Positions 38,125-46,715 of a stretch of DNA of 53,065 bases are shown one piece after another. Position 1 is the first letter of the stretch. Each line of letters starts with the position of its first letter. The stretch is taken from the NCBI GenBank assembly GCA_031546715.1, contig JAVBKA010000086.1, positions 1-53,065 on the forward strand. Reading direction: 5' to 3'. The notes under the pieces were generated by a model. That model was given only the letters and a program-made list of their open reading frames with translations, had not been told where the DNA came from and ran no database searches. The position numbers were made by a program, and so were the translations under genes. This DNA is from Oscillospiraceae bacterium. GTDB taxonomy: Bacteria > Bacillota > Clostridia > Oscillospirales > UBA929.

Positions 38125-39194
38125 TAGTTGCTACCTCCTTCGTTATGAGGCGCTGCCGGAGCAGGGCTCGTAGCTGGTGCTGCTGACGGGGCATTGTTGT
38201 TGAAGGTTCCTGCCGGACGATTATTGTTAAAGGTTCCTGCTGGACGATTGTTGTTGAAACCGCCACCTGCTGGACGATTGCCGCCGAAGCCACCGCCACC
38301 CGCTGGACGATTGCCGCCAAAGCCGCCTCCGCCTGCTGGACGATTTCCACCAAAGCCGCCACCACCACCTGCTGGACGATTGCCGCCGAAGCCGCCTCCG
38401 CCTGCCGGACGATTGCCGCCGCCACCGTAGCCGCCGCCTGAGCGATTTCCGCCGTATCCGCCCTTGTTGCCGTCTTTATCGTAGCCACCGCGGTCTGGAC
38501 GTTTGTCACGACGCTCTTCGCGTGGACGTGGAGCTTCGATTGTGCGCGGTCCCATACGGTTACCCGCAGTAAGGACTTCGCCTTTATAAATCCAAACCTT
38601 TACGCCGATACGACCATAGGTTGTGGCTGCTTCAGCAAAACCATAGTCAATGTCTGCACGAAGGGTTTGGAGGGGAATTGTACCCTCATGGTAATGCTCT
38701 GAGCGGGCAATTTCTGCGCCGCCTAAACGACCTGAAACTGCAGTTTTGATGCCACGTGCGCCTGCACGCATTGAACGCATCATGCTCTGCTTCATTGCAC
38801 GGCGGAAGCTAATGCGCTTCTCAAGCTGCTGTGCAATATTTTCGGCAACCAACTGAGCGCAAACGTCTGGGGATTTAACCTCGACGATGTTCAGCGCAAC
38901 AGGTTTGCCAATCATTTTTTCAACATCCAAACGGAGCTTTTCAATATCGTTACCGCCGCGACCAATGACAACGCCTGGTCTTGCGCAGTGTACGAAAAGT
39001 CTGACTCTGGTTGAATCTCTCTCGATTTCAATACGGGGAACGCCTGCTGAATAGAGCTTCTTTTTCAGAAATTCTCTAACCTTAAAGTCCTCGACAATTA
39101 AGTCTCCGACCTTGTTGTTTTTAGCATACCAGCGTGAATCCCAGCCTTTTATAACGCCGACGCGGAAGCCGTGTGGATTAACTTTCTGACCCAA
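38124..39194 (-). CDS. rpsC: 30S ribosomal protein S3 with ~140-aa Gly-rich repetitive C-terminal tail
   Basis: Canonical S3 for about 215 aa ([13 protein letters not shown]...), then a Gly-rich tail with [11 protein letters not shown]-like repeats, 356 aa in total. Confidence 0.93.
   Translation of the reverse strand: MGQKVNPHGFRVGVIKGWDSRWYAKNNKVGDLIVEDFKVREFLKKKLYSAGVPRIEIERDSTRVRLFVHCARPGVVIGRGGNDIEKLRLDVEKMIGKPVALNIVEVKSPDVCAQLVAENIAQQLEKRISFRRAMKQSMMRSMRAGARGIKTAVSGRLGGAEIARSEHYHEGTIPLQTLRADIDYGFAEAATTYGRIGVKVWIYKGEVLTAGNRMGPRTIEAPRPREERRDKRPDRGGYDKDGNKGGYGGNRSGGGYGGGGNRPAGGGGFGGNRPAGGGGGFGGNRPAGGGGFGGNRPAGGGGFGGNRPAGGGFNNNRPAGTFNNNRPAGTFNNNAPSAAPATSPAPAAPHNEGGSN
38205..38460 (-). repeat. 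8 tandem 27-36-bp units inside the rpsC 3' region
   Basis: On the + strand the core CCTGC(T/C)GGACGATT recurs at 38209, 38236, 38266, 38299, 38332, 38368 and 38401, with a variant at 38437. Confidence 0.9.
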
Positions 39195-39208
39195 AATGTT
39201 ATCCTCCC

Positions 39209-39574
39209 TTACTTAGCTGTACTTTTGCTGACGTTTGCTTGTTGACGTTCAGCAACTGTAATGGTGATGTGGGTCGTGCGTTTCAAAATGCGATATGCAC
39301 GTCCTTTGGCTCTGGGCATAATGCGCTTTTGAATCGGACCTGCACCAATCAAAACAGAGGATACATACAATGAATCTCTATCCATTTGGAAATTGTTTTC
39401 GGCGTTGGCACATGCACTGTCAAGAACCTTAATAAGGTATTCGCAACCTGATTTTGGTGTGTGAAGTAGAATTGCACGGGCAATCTTAGCGTCTTTCCCG
39501 CGGATAAGAGCTGCAACAATGCCAACCTTACGGGGGGAAATGCGGACATACTTCATATGAGCTGCTGCTTCCAT
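39209..39574 (-). CDS. rplV: 50S ribosomal protein L22
   Basis: Sequence [17 protein letters not shown]... Confidence 0.94.
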   Translation of the reverse strand: MEAAAHMKYVRISPRKVGIVAALIRGKDAKIARAILLHTPKSGCEYLIKVLDSACANAENNFQMDRDSLYVSSVLIGAGPIQKRIMPRAKGRAYRILKRTTHITITVAERQQANVSKSTAK

Positions 39575-39589
39575 GTTCGCTTCTCCTCC

Positions 39590-39865
39590 TTATTTACCGG
39601 ACGTTTTGCTGCCTGCATGACCTCTGAAAAGTCTTGTTGGAGCAAATTCGCCAAATTTATGACCGACCATATCCTCGGTGACGTATACTGGAACATGCTT
39701 GCGTCCGTCATGGACAGCAATGGTGTGTCCTACGAACTGCGGAAAAATTGTAGATGCGCGGCTCCAGGTCTTGACGACCTTTTTTTCGCCTTTAGCATTC
39801 ATAGCCTCAACGCGTTTTAGGAGCTCCGGCGCAATAAATGGACCTTTTTTAACTGAACGACTCAT
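39590..39865 (-). CDS. rpsS: 30S ribosomal protein S19
   Basis: Sequence [10 protein letters not shown]...[14 protein letters not shown]. Confidence 0.96.
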   Translation of the reverse strand: MSRSVKKGPFIAPELLKRVEAMNAKGEKKVVKTWSRASTIFPQFVGHTIAVHDGRKHVPVYVTEDMVGHKFGEFAPTRLFRGHAGSKTSGK

Positions 39866-39876
39866 TCATGTACCTC

Positions 39877-40710
39877 CTACTTAGCGTTACGGCGTTTAAC
39901 GATAAACTGATCTGTCGGGTTACGCTTCTTGCGGGTTTTGTAGCCAAGAGCTGGCTTACCCCAAGGGGTAACAGGGCCCGAACGGCCGATTGGTGATCTG
40001 CCTTCGCCGCCGCCGTGGGGATGGTCGCAAGGGTTCATAACAGAACCGCGGACTGTTGGACGGAAGCCTAGGTGGCGTGTACGTCCTGCCTTGCCGATTT
40101 GGATGTTTTCATGGTCGATGTTGCCGACCTGACCGATGGTGGCTTTGCAGTTCATACGAACTAGGCGAACCTCACCGCTTGGAAGACGAACTTGAGCCAT
40201 TAGACCTTCTTTAGCCATTAACTGAGCTGCAACACCTGCAGAGCGAACAATTTGGCCGCCGCGTCCCGGATTAAGCTCAATGTTGTGGATAAAAGTACCC
40301 AGCGGAATGCTGGAGATTGGTAAGCAGTTACCTGGCTTGATGTCGGCGTTGTCTGAGGAATAAACCACATCGCCTGTTTTTAGCCCCACGGGGGATAGGA
40401 TATAGCGCATTTCGCCGTCCTCGTATTTAAGGAGCGCGATGTTTGCACTGCGGTTTGGGTCGTACTCAATGCCGACGACAGATGCAGGCATGTTCACCTT
40501 GTCACGTCTGAAGTCGATCACGCGGTACTTTTGCTTGTTTCCGCCGCCGCGATGACGAACAGTGATGTGACCATGTGCATTACGTCCGGCGTGATGCTTG
40601 GAAACTTCTAATAGGCTCTTTTCCGGTTTGTACTTGGTGATTTCGGAAAAGTCGGACACCGTCATATTACGGCGGGACGGTGTGGTGGGTTTAAATGTTC
40701 TTATTCCCAT
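39877..40710 (-). CDS. rplB: 50S ribosomal protein L2
   Basis: 277 aa with [16 protein letters not shown] and [13 protein letters not shown]. Confidence 0.97.
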   Translation of the reverse strand: MGIRTFKPTTPSRRNMTVSDFSEITKYKPEKSLLEVSKHHAGRNAHGHITVRHRGGGNKQKYRVIDFRRDKVNMPASVVGIEYDPNRSANIALLKYEDGEMRYILSPVGLKTGDVVYSSDNADIKPGNCLPISSIPLGTFIHNIELNPGRGGQIVRSAGVAAQLMAKEGLMAQVRLPSGEVRLVRMNCKATIGQVGNIDHENIQIGKAGRTRHLGFRPTVRGSVMNPCDHPHGGGEGRSPIGRSGPVTPWGKPALGYKTRKKRNPTDQFIVKRRNAK

Positions 40711-40712
40711 GA

Positions 40713-41003
40713 TTATACCATCCCTTCAAAGAATTCGATTGGCTTAGATTTGTCTGTCAAGCGAACGACAGCTTTTTTGAATGCCGCTCTGCGTCCTAGA
40801 TGGACGCCCATGCGTTTTTCTTTGCCCATGTAGTTCATCGTGTTGACGCTGCGAACTGTTACGCCGAAAATTTCTTCAACGGCTCTGCGGATTTCAATTT
40901 TATTAGCATTGACATCCACTAAAAAGCTGTAAATCTTTTGCTCGGCTGTTGCCATGGAGCGTTCTGTAACGAGTGGGCGGCGGATGATGTCATAGTTATT
41001 CAT
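40713..41003 (-). CDS. rplW: 50S ribosomal protein L23
   Basis: 96 aa with IIRRPLVTE and standard position. Confidence 0.93.
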   Translation of the reverse strand: MNNYDIIRRPLVTERSMATAEQKIYSFLVDVNANKIEIRRAVEEIFGVTVRSVNTMNYMGKEKRMGVHLGRRAAFKKAVVRLTDKSKPIEFFEGMV

Positions 41004-41626
41004 GCTCCGTACACCTCCATGATTTTTGCGACTGCGTCCTTGTCAACCAAGAAGGTGCCTTGATTCAAAATGTCATATACATTTAAAATAGAAGCAATGG
41101 TTGTCTTAACGCCGGGAAGGTTTCTCGCGCTCTTTATAACGTTTTCATTCACATTCGGTGTTACGACAAGAGCCTTGCCGTTGACGCCAATTTTTGTGAG
41201 GAATTCGCCGAAAGCCTTTGTTTTAATGGTGTCCATGTTCAAGCCGTCAACTACGATGATTTCGCCAGCTGCGGCTTTTGCTGAAAGTGCCGACTTAAGA
41301 GCAAGGCGGCGAACCTTTTTGTTGACACTCATGTAGTATGTGCGGGGTTTTGGACCAAATGCGATACCACCATGTGTCCATTGTGGGGCGCGTGTGCTAC
41401 CTTGGCGGGCACGACCTGTGCCTTTTTGACGCCATGGTTTAATGCCGCCACCGCTGACCTCTGCACGGGTCAGGGTTGACTGTGTGCCTTGACGGCATGC
41501 CGCCAAGTGAGCCTTGACGACTAAGTGCATTGAAGGAACGGAAGGTGTAATGCCGAAAATGGAATTATCAAGTTCCATTTCGCCGACAGCAGCGCCGCTC
41601 ATGTTGTAAATCTTAGCTTTAGCCAT
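41000..41626 (-). CDS. rplD: 50S ribosomal protein L4
   Basis: 208 aa with [15 protein letters not shown]. Confidence 0.95.
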   Translation of the reverse strand: MAKAKIYNMSGAAVGEMELDNSIFGITPSVPSMHLVVKAHLAACRQGTQSTLTRAEVSGGGIKPWRQKGTGRARQGSTRAPQWTHGGIAFGPKPRTYYMSVNKKVRRLALKSALSAKAAAGEIIVVDGLNMDTIKTKAFGEFLTKIGVNGKALVVTPNVNENVIKSARNLPGVKTTIASILNVYDILNQGTFLVDKDAVAKIMEVYGA

Positions 41627-41651
41627 TGTAATTCAAATACTCCCTTCGTCC

Positions 41652-42281
41652 CTAGTTATTTTTGACTGTGTTGCGGAGAGTGACCAAGGAACCCTTCGGA
41701 CCTGGTACTGCGCCACGGACAGCAATCAAGTTAAGCTCAGCATCCACCTTGACAACGTCAAGATTAAGGACTGTGACCTGCTCAGAGCCCATATGACCTG
41801 GCATGATTTTGCCGGGGAATACTCTGGACGGGTCTGTGTTGGCACTCATAGAGCCTTGATGACGGTGAACAGGTCCACCACCGTGAGACATTGGAGTGCG
41901 GTGTGCGCCGAAACGCTTGATTGTGCCTTGGAAGCCTTTGCCCTTGCTTGTACCTGTTACGTCAACGCAGTCGCCTACGACGAACGCATCAGCTTTAATC
42001 TCATCTCCGACTTTGTATTCGCCAGAGAGCTTAAATTCAACCAAATGCTTTTTGAAGGCGACTCCTGCTTTAACCAGATGACCCTTCTCAGGTTTTGTGA
42101 GCTTCTTTTCCTTGATGTCCTCATATCCGATTTGATAGGCTTTGTAGCCGTCTCTTTCCTCGGACTTAATCTGAGTAACAACGCAAGGACCTGCTTGGAT
42201 AACTGTTACAGGGATAACCTTGCCGTCTGCATCAAAGATTTGCGTCATGCCAATTTTTCTGCCGATAATTGCTTTTTCCAC
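41652..42281 (-). CDS. rplC: 50S ribosomal protein L3
   Basis: 209 aa with [12 protein letters not shown] and GKGFQG.IKR. Confidence 0.95.
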   Translation of the reverse strand: MEKAIIGRKIGMTQIFDADGKVIPVTVIQAGPCVVTQIKSEERDGYKAYQIGYEDIKEKKLTKPEKGHLVKAGVAFKKHLVEFKLSGEYKVGDEIKADAFVVGDCVDVTGTSKGKGFQGTIKRFGAHRTPMSHGGGPVHRHQGSMSANTDPSRVFPGKIMPGHMGSEQVTVLNLDVVKVDAELNLIAVRGAVPGPKGSLVTLRNTVKNN

Positions 42282-42503
42282 GGATTTTCCTCCTAATTGT
42301 TATTGGTTGGTATGGGTGCTCATAGCCCGAACAGTAAAAAATGCTTTGTTGTAGCGTTTGCTAAACCAAGAAATCGCGTAGCGGTTTCTGTTTAGCATAA
42401 GCGGAAACGAAGATTTTTTACGTCCGTGAGGGCGTTATGAGCCTGACATCATCGTCGTAGCCCGCCCTCGCACTTACATCAACACCAACATGACGGGGAA
42501 CGC
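42282..42503 (-). other. unusually long (~220 nt) structured spacer between rpsJ and rplC
   Basis: No ORF. Several inverted repeats: TGCTAAAC...GTTTAGCA (8 bp), GAGGGCG...CGCCCTC, GCTCATA...TATGAGC. Confidence 0.5.
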
Positions 42504-42911
42504 TTACAGTTTTATTTCAAACTCAAGACCGGCCGGAAGATCAAGGCTCATCAGCGCTTCCATTGTTTTTTGTGAAGGCTTGATAATATCGATGATTCTC
42601 TTGTGGGTGCGGCGCTCGAATTGTTCGCGGCTATCTTTATACTTATGAACTGCACTGAGAATTGTTATGATTTCCTTTTTTGTCGGAAGGGGAATAGGAC
42701 CTGAAACTCTTGCGCCTGTGCGCTTTGCTGTTTCGACGATGCGCTCTGCGCTTTGGTCGATAAGCTGATGGTCATATGCCTTCAGGCGAATACGGATAAC
42801 TTCTTTCATTTTAGGAGCTGCTGCAGGTGCTGCTGCCTTTGGGGCTACAGGCTTTGTTTCAACTGTTTTGGTTGCCTTTGATTCTTTTTGAGTTGTTTCG
42901 GTTGTTGCCAT
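42504..42911 (-). CDS. rpsJ: 30S ribosomal protein S10 with ~34-aa Lys/Ala/Pro/Thr-rich N-terminal extension
   Basis: Canonical S10 runs from [10 protein letters not shown] onward. A strong AAGGAGG lies 9 nt before the ATG at 42911, and there is no SD before the internal Met. The track ORF start at 43073 is spurious. Confidence 0.85.
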   Translation of the reverse strand: MATTETTQKESKATKTVETKPVAPKAAAPAAAPKMKEVIRIRLKAYDHQLIDQSAERIVETAKRTGARVSGPIPLPTKKEIITILSAVHKYKDSREQFERRTHKRIIDIIKPSQKTMEALMSLDLPAGLEFEIKL

Positions 42912-43238
42912 GTTTTGCTTCCTCCTTAATATGCTCGGTGAAATCTTTACCGCCTTGCCGTGTGTGTCGCCAAACTTCATAAATTTTGCCGGAACTGACA
43001 AAACTCGTTTTGCCAAAGTTTCCGGCTGACAGAGGCTTAAAATATCTCTCCCGGCCGCCCGATTAACGGACATACTCCACCGAAGTGACCAAATGCCAGA
43101 TGTTCACTGCCCCAGTATAACAAGGACAAGACGAGCCTTGCTAATCAAATTAGCCGCTCAAAGATGAACTCCCAGATTTGCAATCTACGGTTTCATTGCA
43201 TTTTTGCGCACAAATATCCTGTTAGATAAAAATGGCAC
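42912..43238 (-). promoter_or_regulatory. long (~325 nt) 5' leader of the S10 operon
   Basis: Region between the predicted promoter and the rpsJ SD. It contains strong hairpins, for example GCCGGAA...TTCCGGC nested with CAAAAC/GTTTTG around 42984-43025. Confidence 0.45.
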
Positions 43239-43244
43239 TTGATG

Positions 43245-43273
43245 ATAATATCAGTCAAGTGCCCAAATGTCAA
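43245..43273 (-). promoter_or_regulatory. putative S10 operon promoter
   Basis: On the - strand TTGACA (43273-43268), 17-nt spacer, TATTAT (43250-43245), with an A/T-rich UP-like tract upstream. Confidence 0.6.
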
Positions 43274-43302
43274 GAGTTTTTATAAAATTTTTCTGGTTTT
43301 TT
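43268..43302. repeat. left copy of 35-nt direct repeat flanking the AT-rich islet
   Basis: TGTCAAGAGTTTTTATAAAATTTTTCTGGTTTTTT compared with 46681-46715: 32/35 identical by manual alignment. Confidence 0.8.
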
Positions 43303-43409
43303 TTGATGACACACCTCTGAATATAACTTAAACAAAAAAAATTGAGTTACTGCAGTCCGATTGTCGATTGAACTTAAGCTGTGTATTCGCTTAAAAATTT
43401 GGTTATCTG

Positions 43410-43438
43410 ACAAAAAATCACAGCCAAAAACTGTAATC
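43410..43438 (-). terminator. terminator of the islet operon
   Basis: On the - strand GATTACAG-tttttgg-CTGTGATT (8 bp including two G-U pairs) followed by TTTTTG, 16 nt after the stop of the 399-aa ORF. Confidence 0.55.
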
Positions 43439-43453
43439 ACTTTGAAATTACCT

Positions 43454-44653
43454 TTATTCACATATTTCTTTTGACAATTTACAAATTGATTCACGTGCTT
43501 CTGCAAGTTCTATGACATTCGCACTTACAGAAAATCTGGTTTTATGCAAGGTAGTGTAAAAATTAGTTAAGTCATTAATATGTGATAAGACAAACTTCGT
43601 AAGCAAAAATTTATTTGCTTCTATTGCATGAATTGTTTGCGCGTTACCTTTTTGCAAAGATGTAAAAAAATAATGAACTGAAAGAAATACTTTCAGTAAC
43701 TTGTTTAACTTAACTTTCAAATCTGGCCAGACACTGTCGGTTTGAAATAGCTTTGCAGTTGTTATTAATTCGGTTATTTCAATAATATCATGAGCCACAT
43801 ATGTATAAGTGTTTTGACTATTTGCACAAACACTAAAATCTATTTTTAGTGTTTGTGCAACACTGCGTAATTCACAATCAATGTCTTTAAGAGACTCAGA
43901 GTACTTTGTTACATTGTTGCCTAAAAAACACTCTTGTTCTAAAATTGTTTGTAAGGCAATTCCTCTTAGATGAGACATTTTTGCAACGCTCTTAGCCACT
44001 GGCACAGTTCCTAAAGAAACATCTCCAAACAAATTTAAAACATTTATTATCTCTTTGCAGGTCTTAGTGGCACATAGCCGTAACCATTTATCTCTATTAT
44101 TGCTTTGCCATCTAACAATAATCTGCATATATAAAAAGAACTTAATCAAATCTTTTTTATGTAGGGCTATCATTGCAAAAAAGGAAATAATTATTAAAGA
44201 AAGCATTCGAGAATCAATATGCACTTCTTCAACTTCTTCAACTTTTTCAATTGAACACAATAACCTTGGTGCATAAACGCAATTATTATATTCAACAATC
44301 AATCTTGTGCATGCGTGGAGAGGTTCTGGCAAACGAAAGCAATATCTAACTTTAAGAATGCTATCGTCTTCTGGAAGACTTTCAGAAATTCTTTCAGAAT
44401 TTTTATTATCATATGATGCAATTTTAGTTATATTTATCAAGCTATCATTCGAAATTTTTTCATTTTTTCCAAATGCTTTGTAAGCCTCTATAATTACTGA
44501 TATCAACTGCATATCAATATTGTAATTACCCGTATTTTTATCATACAAACAATTTTTAAACTCTTTAAACTCATCCTTCGCCAATAAGCAATTATATACT
44601 TCAAAAATACAATAATTAATCATATTGCGCATTAATTCACCAGCTTTATCCAA
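43454..44653 (-). CDS. hypothetical helical protein, partner of the PRTase-like protein
   Basis: 399-codon ORF that begins immediately after the upstream TAA (TTG 44653, or ATG 44632). A/T-rich codons. I recognise no motif. Confidence 0.6.
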   Translation of the reverse strand: MDKAGELMRNMINYCIFEVYNCLLAKDEFKEFKNCLYDKNTGNYNIDMQLISVIIEAYKAFGKNEKISNDSLINITKIASYDNKNSERISESLPEDDSILKVRYCFRLPEPLHACTRLIVEYNNCVYAPRLLCSIEKVEEVEEVHIDSRMLSLIIISFFAMIALHKKDLIKFFLYMQIIVRWQSNNRDKWLRLCATKTCKEIINVLNLFGDVSLGTVPVAKSVAKMSHLRGIALQTILEQECFLGNNVTKYSESLKDIDCELRSVAQTLKIDFSVCANSQNTYTYVAHDIIEITELITTAKLFQTDSVWPDLKVKLNKLLKVFLSVHYFFTSLQKGNAQTIHAIEANKFLLTKFVLSHINDLTNFYTTLHKTRFSVSANVIELAEARESICKLSKEICE

Positions 44654-46486
44654 TTAATTTATCTCTCGTTTATTGATATAGTCGTCAACAAATTCTTGCG
44701 CCTTACAATAATTGTTAAACAATTGTTTATCTTCCTCTATACGTTCACAAAAACTCCTATACTCACCAACACCAAGTGCCTTCCATAGACTCAAAACATC
44801 ACTGATACTCTTGGCATTCTGAGTCCAACTACAAAGTTTCTGAATCATTGAACATGGTTCAGAAATTTGAGCGTTAAGAAAACATTCAGTAAAGGCTGTA
44901 ACATTTCTTTTCAAGTTTTCTAAAGTCCCTGATAAAAGGGCGTATCGAAATATGGCAAAATAATAAACGGGAGCATGCCTCACTGATGAAACATATCCCT
45001 CCCCTGCATAGGCGTCTTTGACAATATACGGCGTATTCTCTCGATAATGTATAGACGCAGAATAAGATGCCCCAGACCTGAGTGTAGTACGCAGTGAAGC
45101 CAATCCGATTGCACTTTTCAGTGCTCTATTATTTCTACATGGAAGTACGTGCAGTTTGAAAAAACTAATCAAATGAATTTTGGGCTTTCCAGCAACTTCA
45201 GTGTTGACCGTTTCTAAAACACGTTTCTCAACAGGAAATAGCATCGATTCAATCTCTTGTTCAATCTCTTGTTCAATCTCTTGCTCAATCTCTTGTTTTT
45301 TGCAAAATTCTGTTAATGGTTTATCTAGCGAAGCCACATTAGCGATATCATTCAACGTAATTTCGTCTATGCCGATAGAATTTTCCTCAAAACTAAAAAA
45401 AGTGCACAAATCGATTGAATGATTATAAAACAATTTCAACTCCGTGCTCAGTTCATTTGGAAAATGGTAAGCTTCATATTCAACATCAAATTGAAACAGG
45501 TCTTGTAAGCACGGCACATCGCTGAACAATCGCTTAGCAACGCGCAATGATAACATATATGCCAATATCTTATGAATTAGCAAAGTTGATTTTTGACTAA
45601 TCAGTTGGTCGTTCAGCAAGCATCGAAAATGAACAAGGGAAAGACAGCTTTCTTCTTCCACGTAGGACAAAAGATTCAATAAACTTTTGCGAGCACGCTC
45701 AAAACTAACTGCGGAAAATATGGAGACCGGAATCAATCTAACATTAAATATATTTTCTTCGCAAAAATACGTTACTCGTATCCCCTCAAATAGCATGTTA
45801 GGCATTTGATTTTCAGATATACTATGAATAATAAAGGAGTTTTCTGCGACATAATCATTGGAAATTGGTATATGGAACTTTTCACATTTCCATGTTTGTT
45901 CATCTATGGTCATGTTGATGGAAGTAAGCTTATCAAACTGCTCTTTTGTCATAGAAGCGCGATAAACAGGCAAATCCATTGAAAAAGGAAGTGATAACGC
46001 ATGAGTTAGCTTCATTGTACGAATTGTAAAATCATGTAAATCAACCTCTGGAACTATACTTGAACAAGTCAATGGTGCGGGAAGTTGGATTAAAGGATTA
46101 AACACGTTACTTACAAGCATAACTGCTGGGGTAATATTCTTAATACCACGTTCCTGTAAAATCATGCATATATCTTTTAAGTGCTTTCCTGTTGACACGG
46201 TGTCGTCTATAACTGTAAAATTCAAATTGACCAAGTGTGTCCAGTCAGTAATTTTATCAATGTACCTGTCACTAAAAACTATAGCATTATTATCTTTTAT
46301 ATACCCACACGACAATGCGATCAAGTATAGGCAAAACCCTTTTCGGGACATAAAAACAAACACATCATGCTCAGTTGCCTTAGCAAAAAGCTGTTTGAAA
46401 AAATCTCTGACCGACTCCGCATAGTCACTGCCTAAAAAACTTCTGAGTAATTCTTCTGACGTAGTTTTTGAAAAATATCCGCTCAT
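44654..46486 (-). CDS. large protein with N-terminal phosphoribosyltransferase-like domain and unknown ~480-aa C-terminal region
   Basis: FTVIDDTVSTGKH resembles the type I PRTase PRPP-binding signature (hydrophobic strand, DD, xxSTG). It is preceded by VFVFMSRKGF, a strand-loop segment consistent with the PRTase fold. AGAGGTG lies 5 nt before the ATG at 46486. Confidence 0.6.
   Translation of the reverse strand: MSGYFSKTTSEELLRSFLGSDYAESVRDFFKQLFAKATEHDVFVFMSRKGFCLYLIALSCGYIKDNNAIVFSDRYIDKITDWTHLVNLNFTVIDDTVSTGKHLKDICMILQERGIKNITPAVMLVSNVFNPLIQLPAPLTCSSIVPEVDLHDFTIRTMKLTHALSLPFSMDLPVYRASMTKEQFDKLTSINMTIDEQTWKCEKFHIPISNDYVAENSFIIHSISENQMPNMLFEGIRVTYFCEENIFNVRLIPVSIFSAVSFERARKSLLNLLSYVEEESCLSLVHFRCLLNDQLISQKSTLLIHKILAYMLSLRVAKRLFSDVPCLQDLFQFDVEYEAYHFPNELSTELKLFYNHSIDLCTFFSFEENSIGIDEITLNDIANVASLDKPLTEFCKKQEIEQEIEQEIEQEIESMLFPVEKRVLETVNTEVAGKPKIHLISFFKLHVLPCRNNRALKSAIGLASLRTTLRSGASYSASIHYRENTPYIVKDAYAGEGYVSSVRHAPVYYFAIFRYALLSGTLENLKRNVTAFTECFLNAQISEPCSMIQKLCSWTQNAKSISDVLSLWKALGVGEYRSFCERIEEDKQLFNNYCKAQEFVDDYINKREIN
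45248..45295 (-). repeat. 4 x 12-bp in-frame tandem repeat (QEIE)4
   Basis: On the + strand TTCAATCTCTTG occurs three times plus one variant (CTCAATCTCTTG). Confidence 0.9.
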
Positions 46487-46526
46487 AAATGCACCTCTGA
46501 TATTTTGTGAGTACAATTGGCTTCCA

Positions 46527-46589
46527 TTTCATCTTATGCTGGAAAGCACACAAAGATGAAACACAAACCACCGCACATTGCTGTGCGGT
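46527..46589 (-). promoter_or_regulatory. structured 5' leader of the islet operon (two hairpins)
   Basis: Hairpin ACCGCACA-ttgc-TGTGCGGT (46570-46589) and a 9-bp perfect stem TTTCATCTT...AAGATGAAA (46527-46561), both between the promoter and the SD. Confidence 0.45.
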
Positions 46590-46657
46590 CTATCGTATAA
46601 ATCGGAATTCGCCAAGGCACGACTGGAATAATACAAAATCCCTATTAGTACTATAAT

Positions 46658-46686
46658 AGTATAGTACTCAAACGTCCATTTGTCAA
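46658..46686 (-). promoter_or_regulatory. putative promoter of the islet operon
   Basis: On the - strand TTGACA (46686-46681), 17-nt spacer, TATACT (46663-46658). The palindrome AGTACTATA-atag-TATAGTACT (46647-46668) overlaps the -10. Confidence 0.6.
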
Positions 46687-46715
46687 TAGTTTTTATTAAA
46701 TTTTTCTTGTTTTTT
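46681..46715. repeat. right copy of 35-nt direct repeat flanking the AT-rich islet
   Basis: TGTCAATAGTTTTTATTAAATTTTTCTTGTTTTTT compared with 43268-43302: 32/35 identical. Confidence 0.8.

Noticed and set aside
38102-38509. Long ORFs on the + strand (38194-38430, Pro-rich) and in another - strand frame (38102-38509, Ala/Val/Gln-rich) within the rpsC tail.
   Set aside because: These are frame artefacts of the GC-rich tandem repeats. The frame continuous with the S3 core is the only one with a start, an SD and sensible context.
43270-43506. 78-codon ORF overlapping the end of the 399-aa gene.
   Set aside because: It spans the islet terminator and the S10 promoter UP region, overlaps the 3' end of the 399-aa ORF in another frame, and has no SD.
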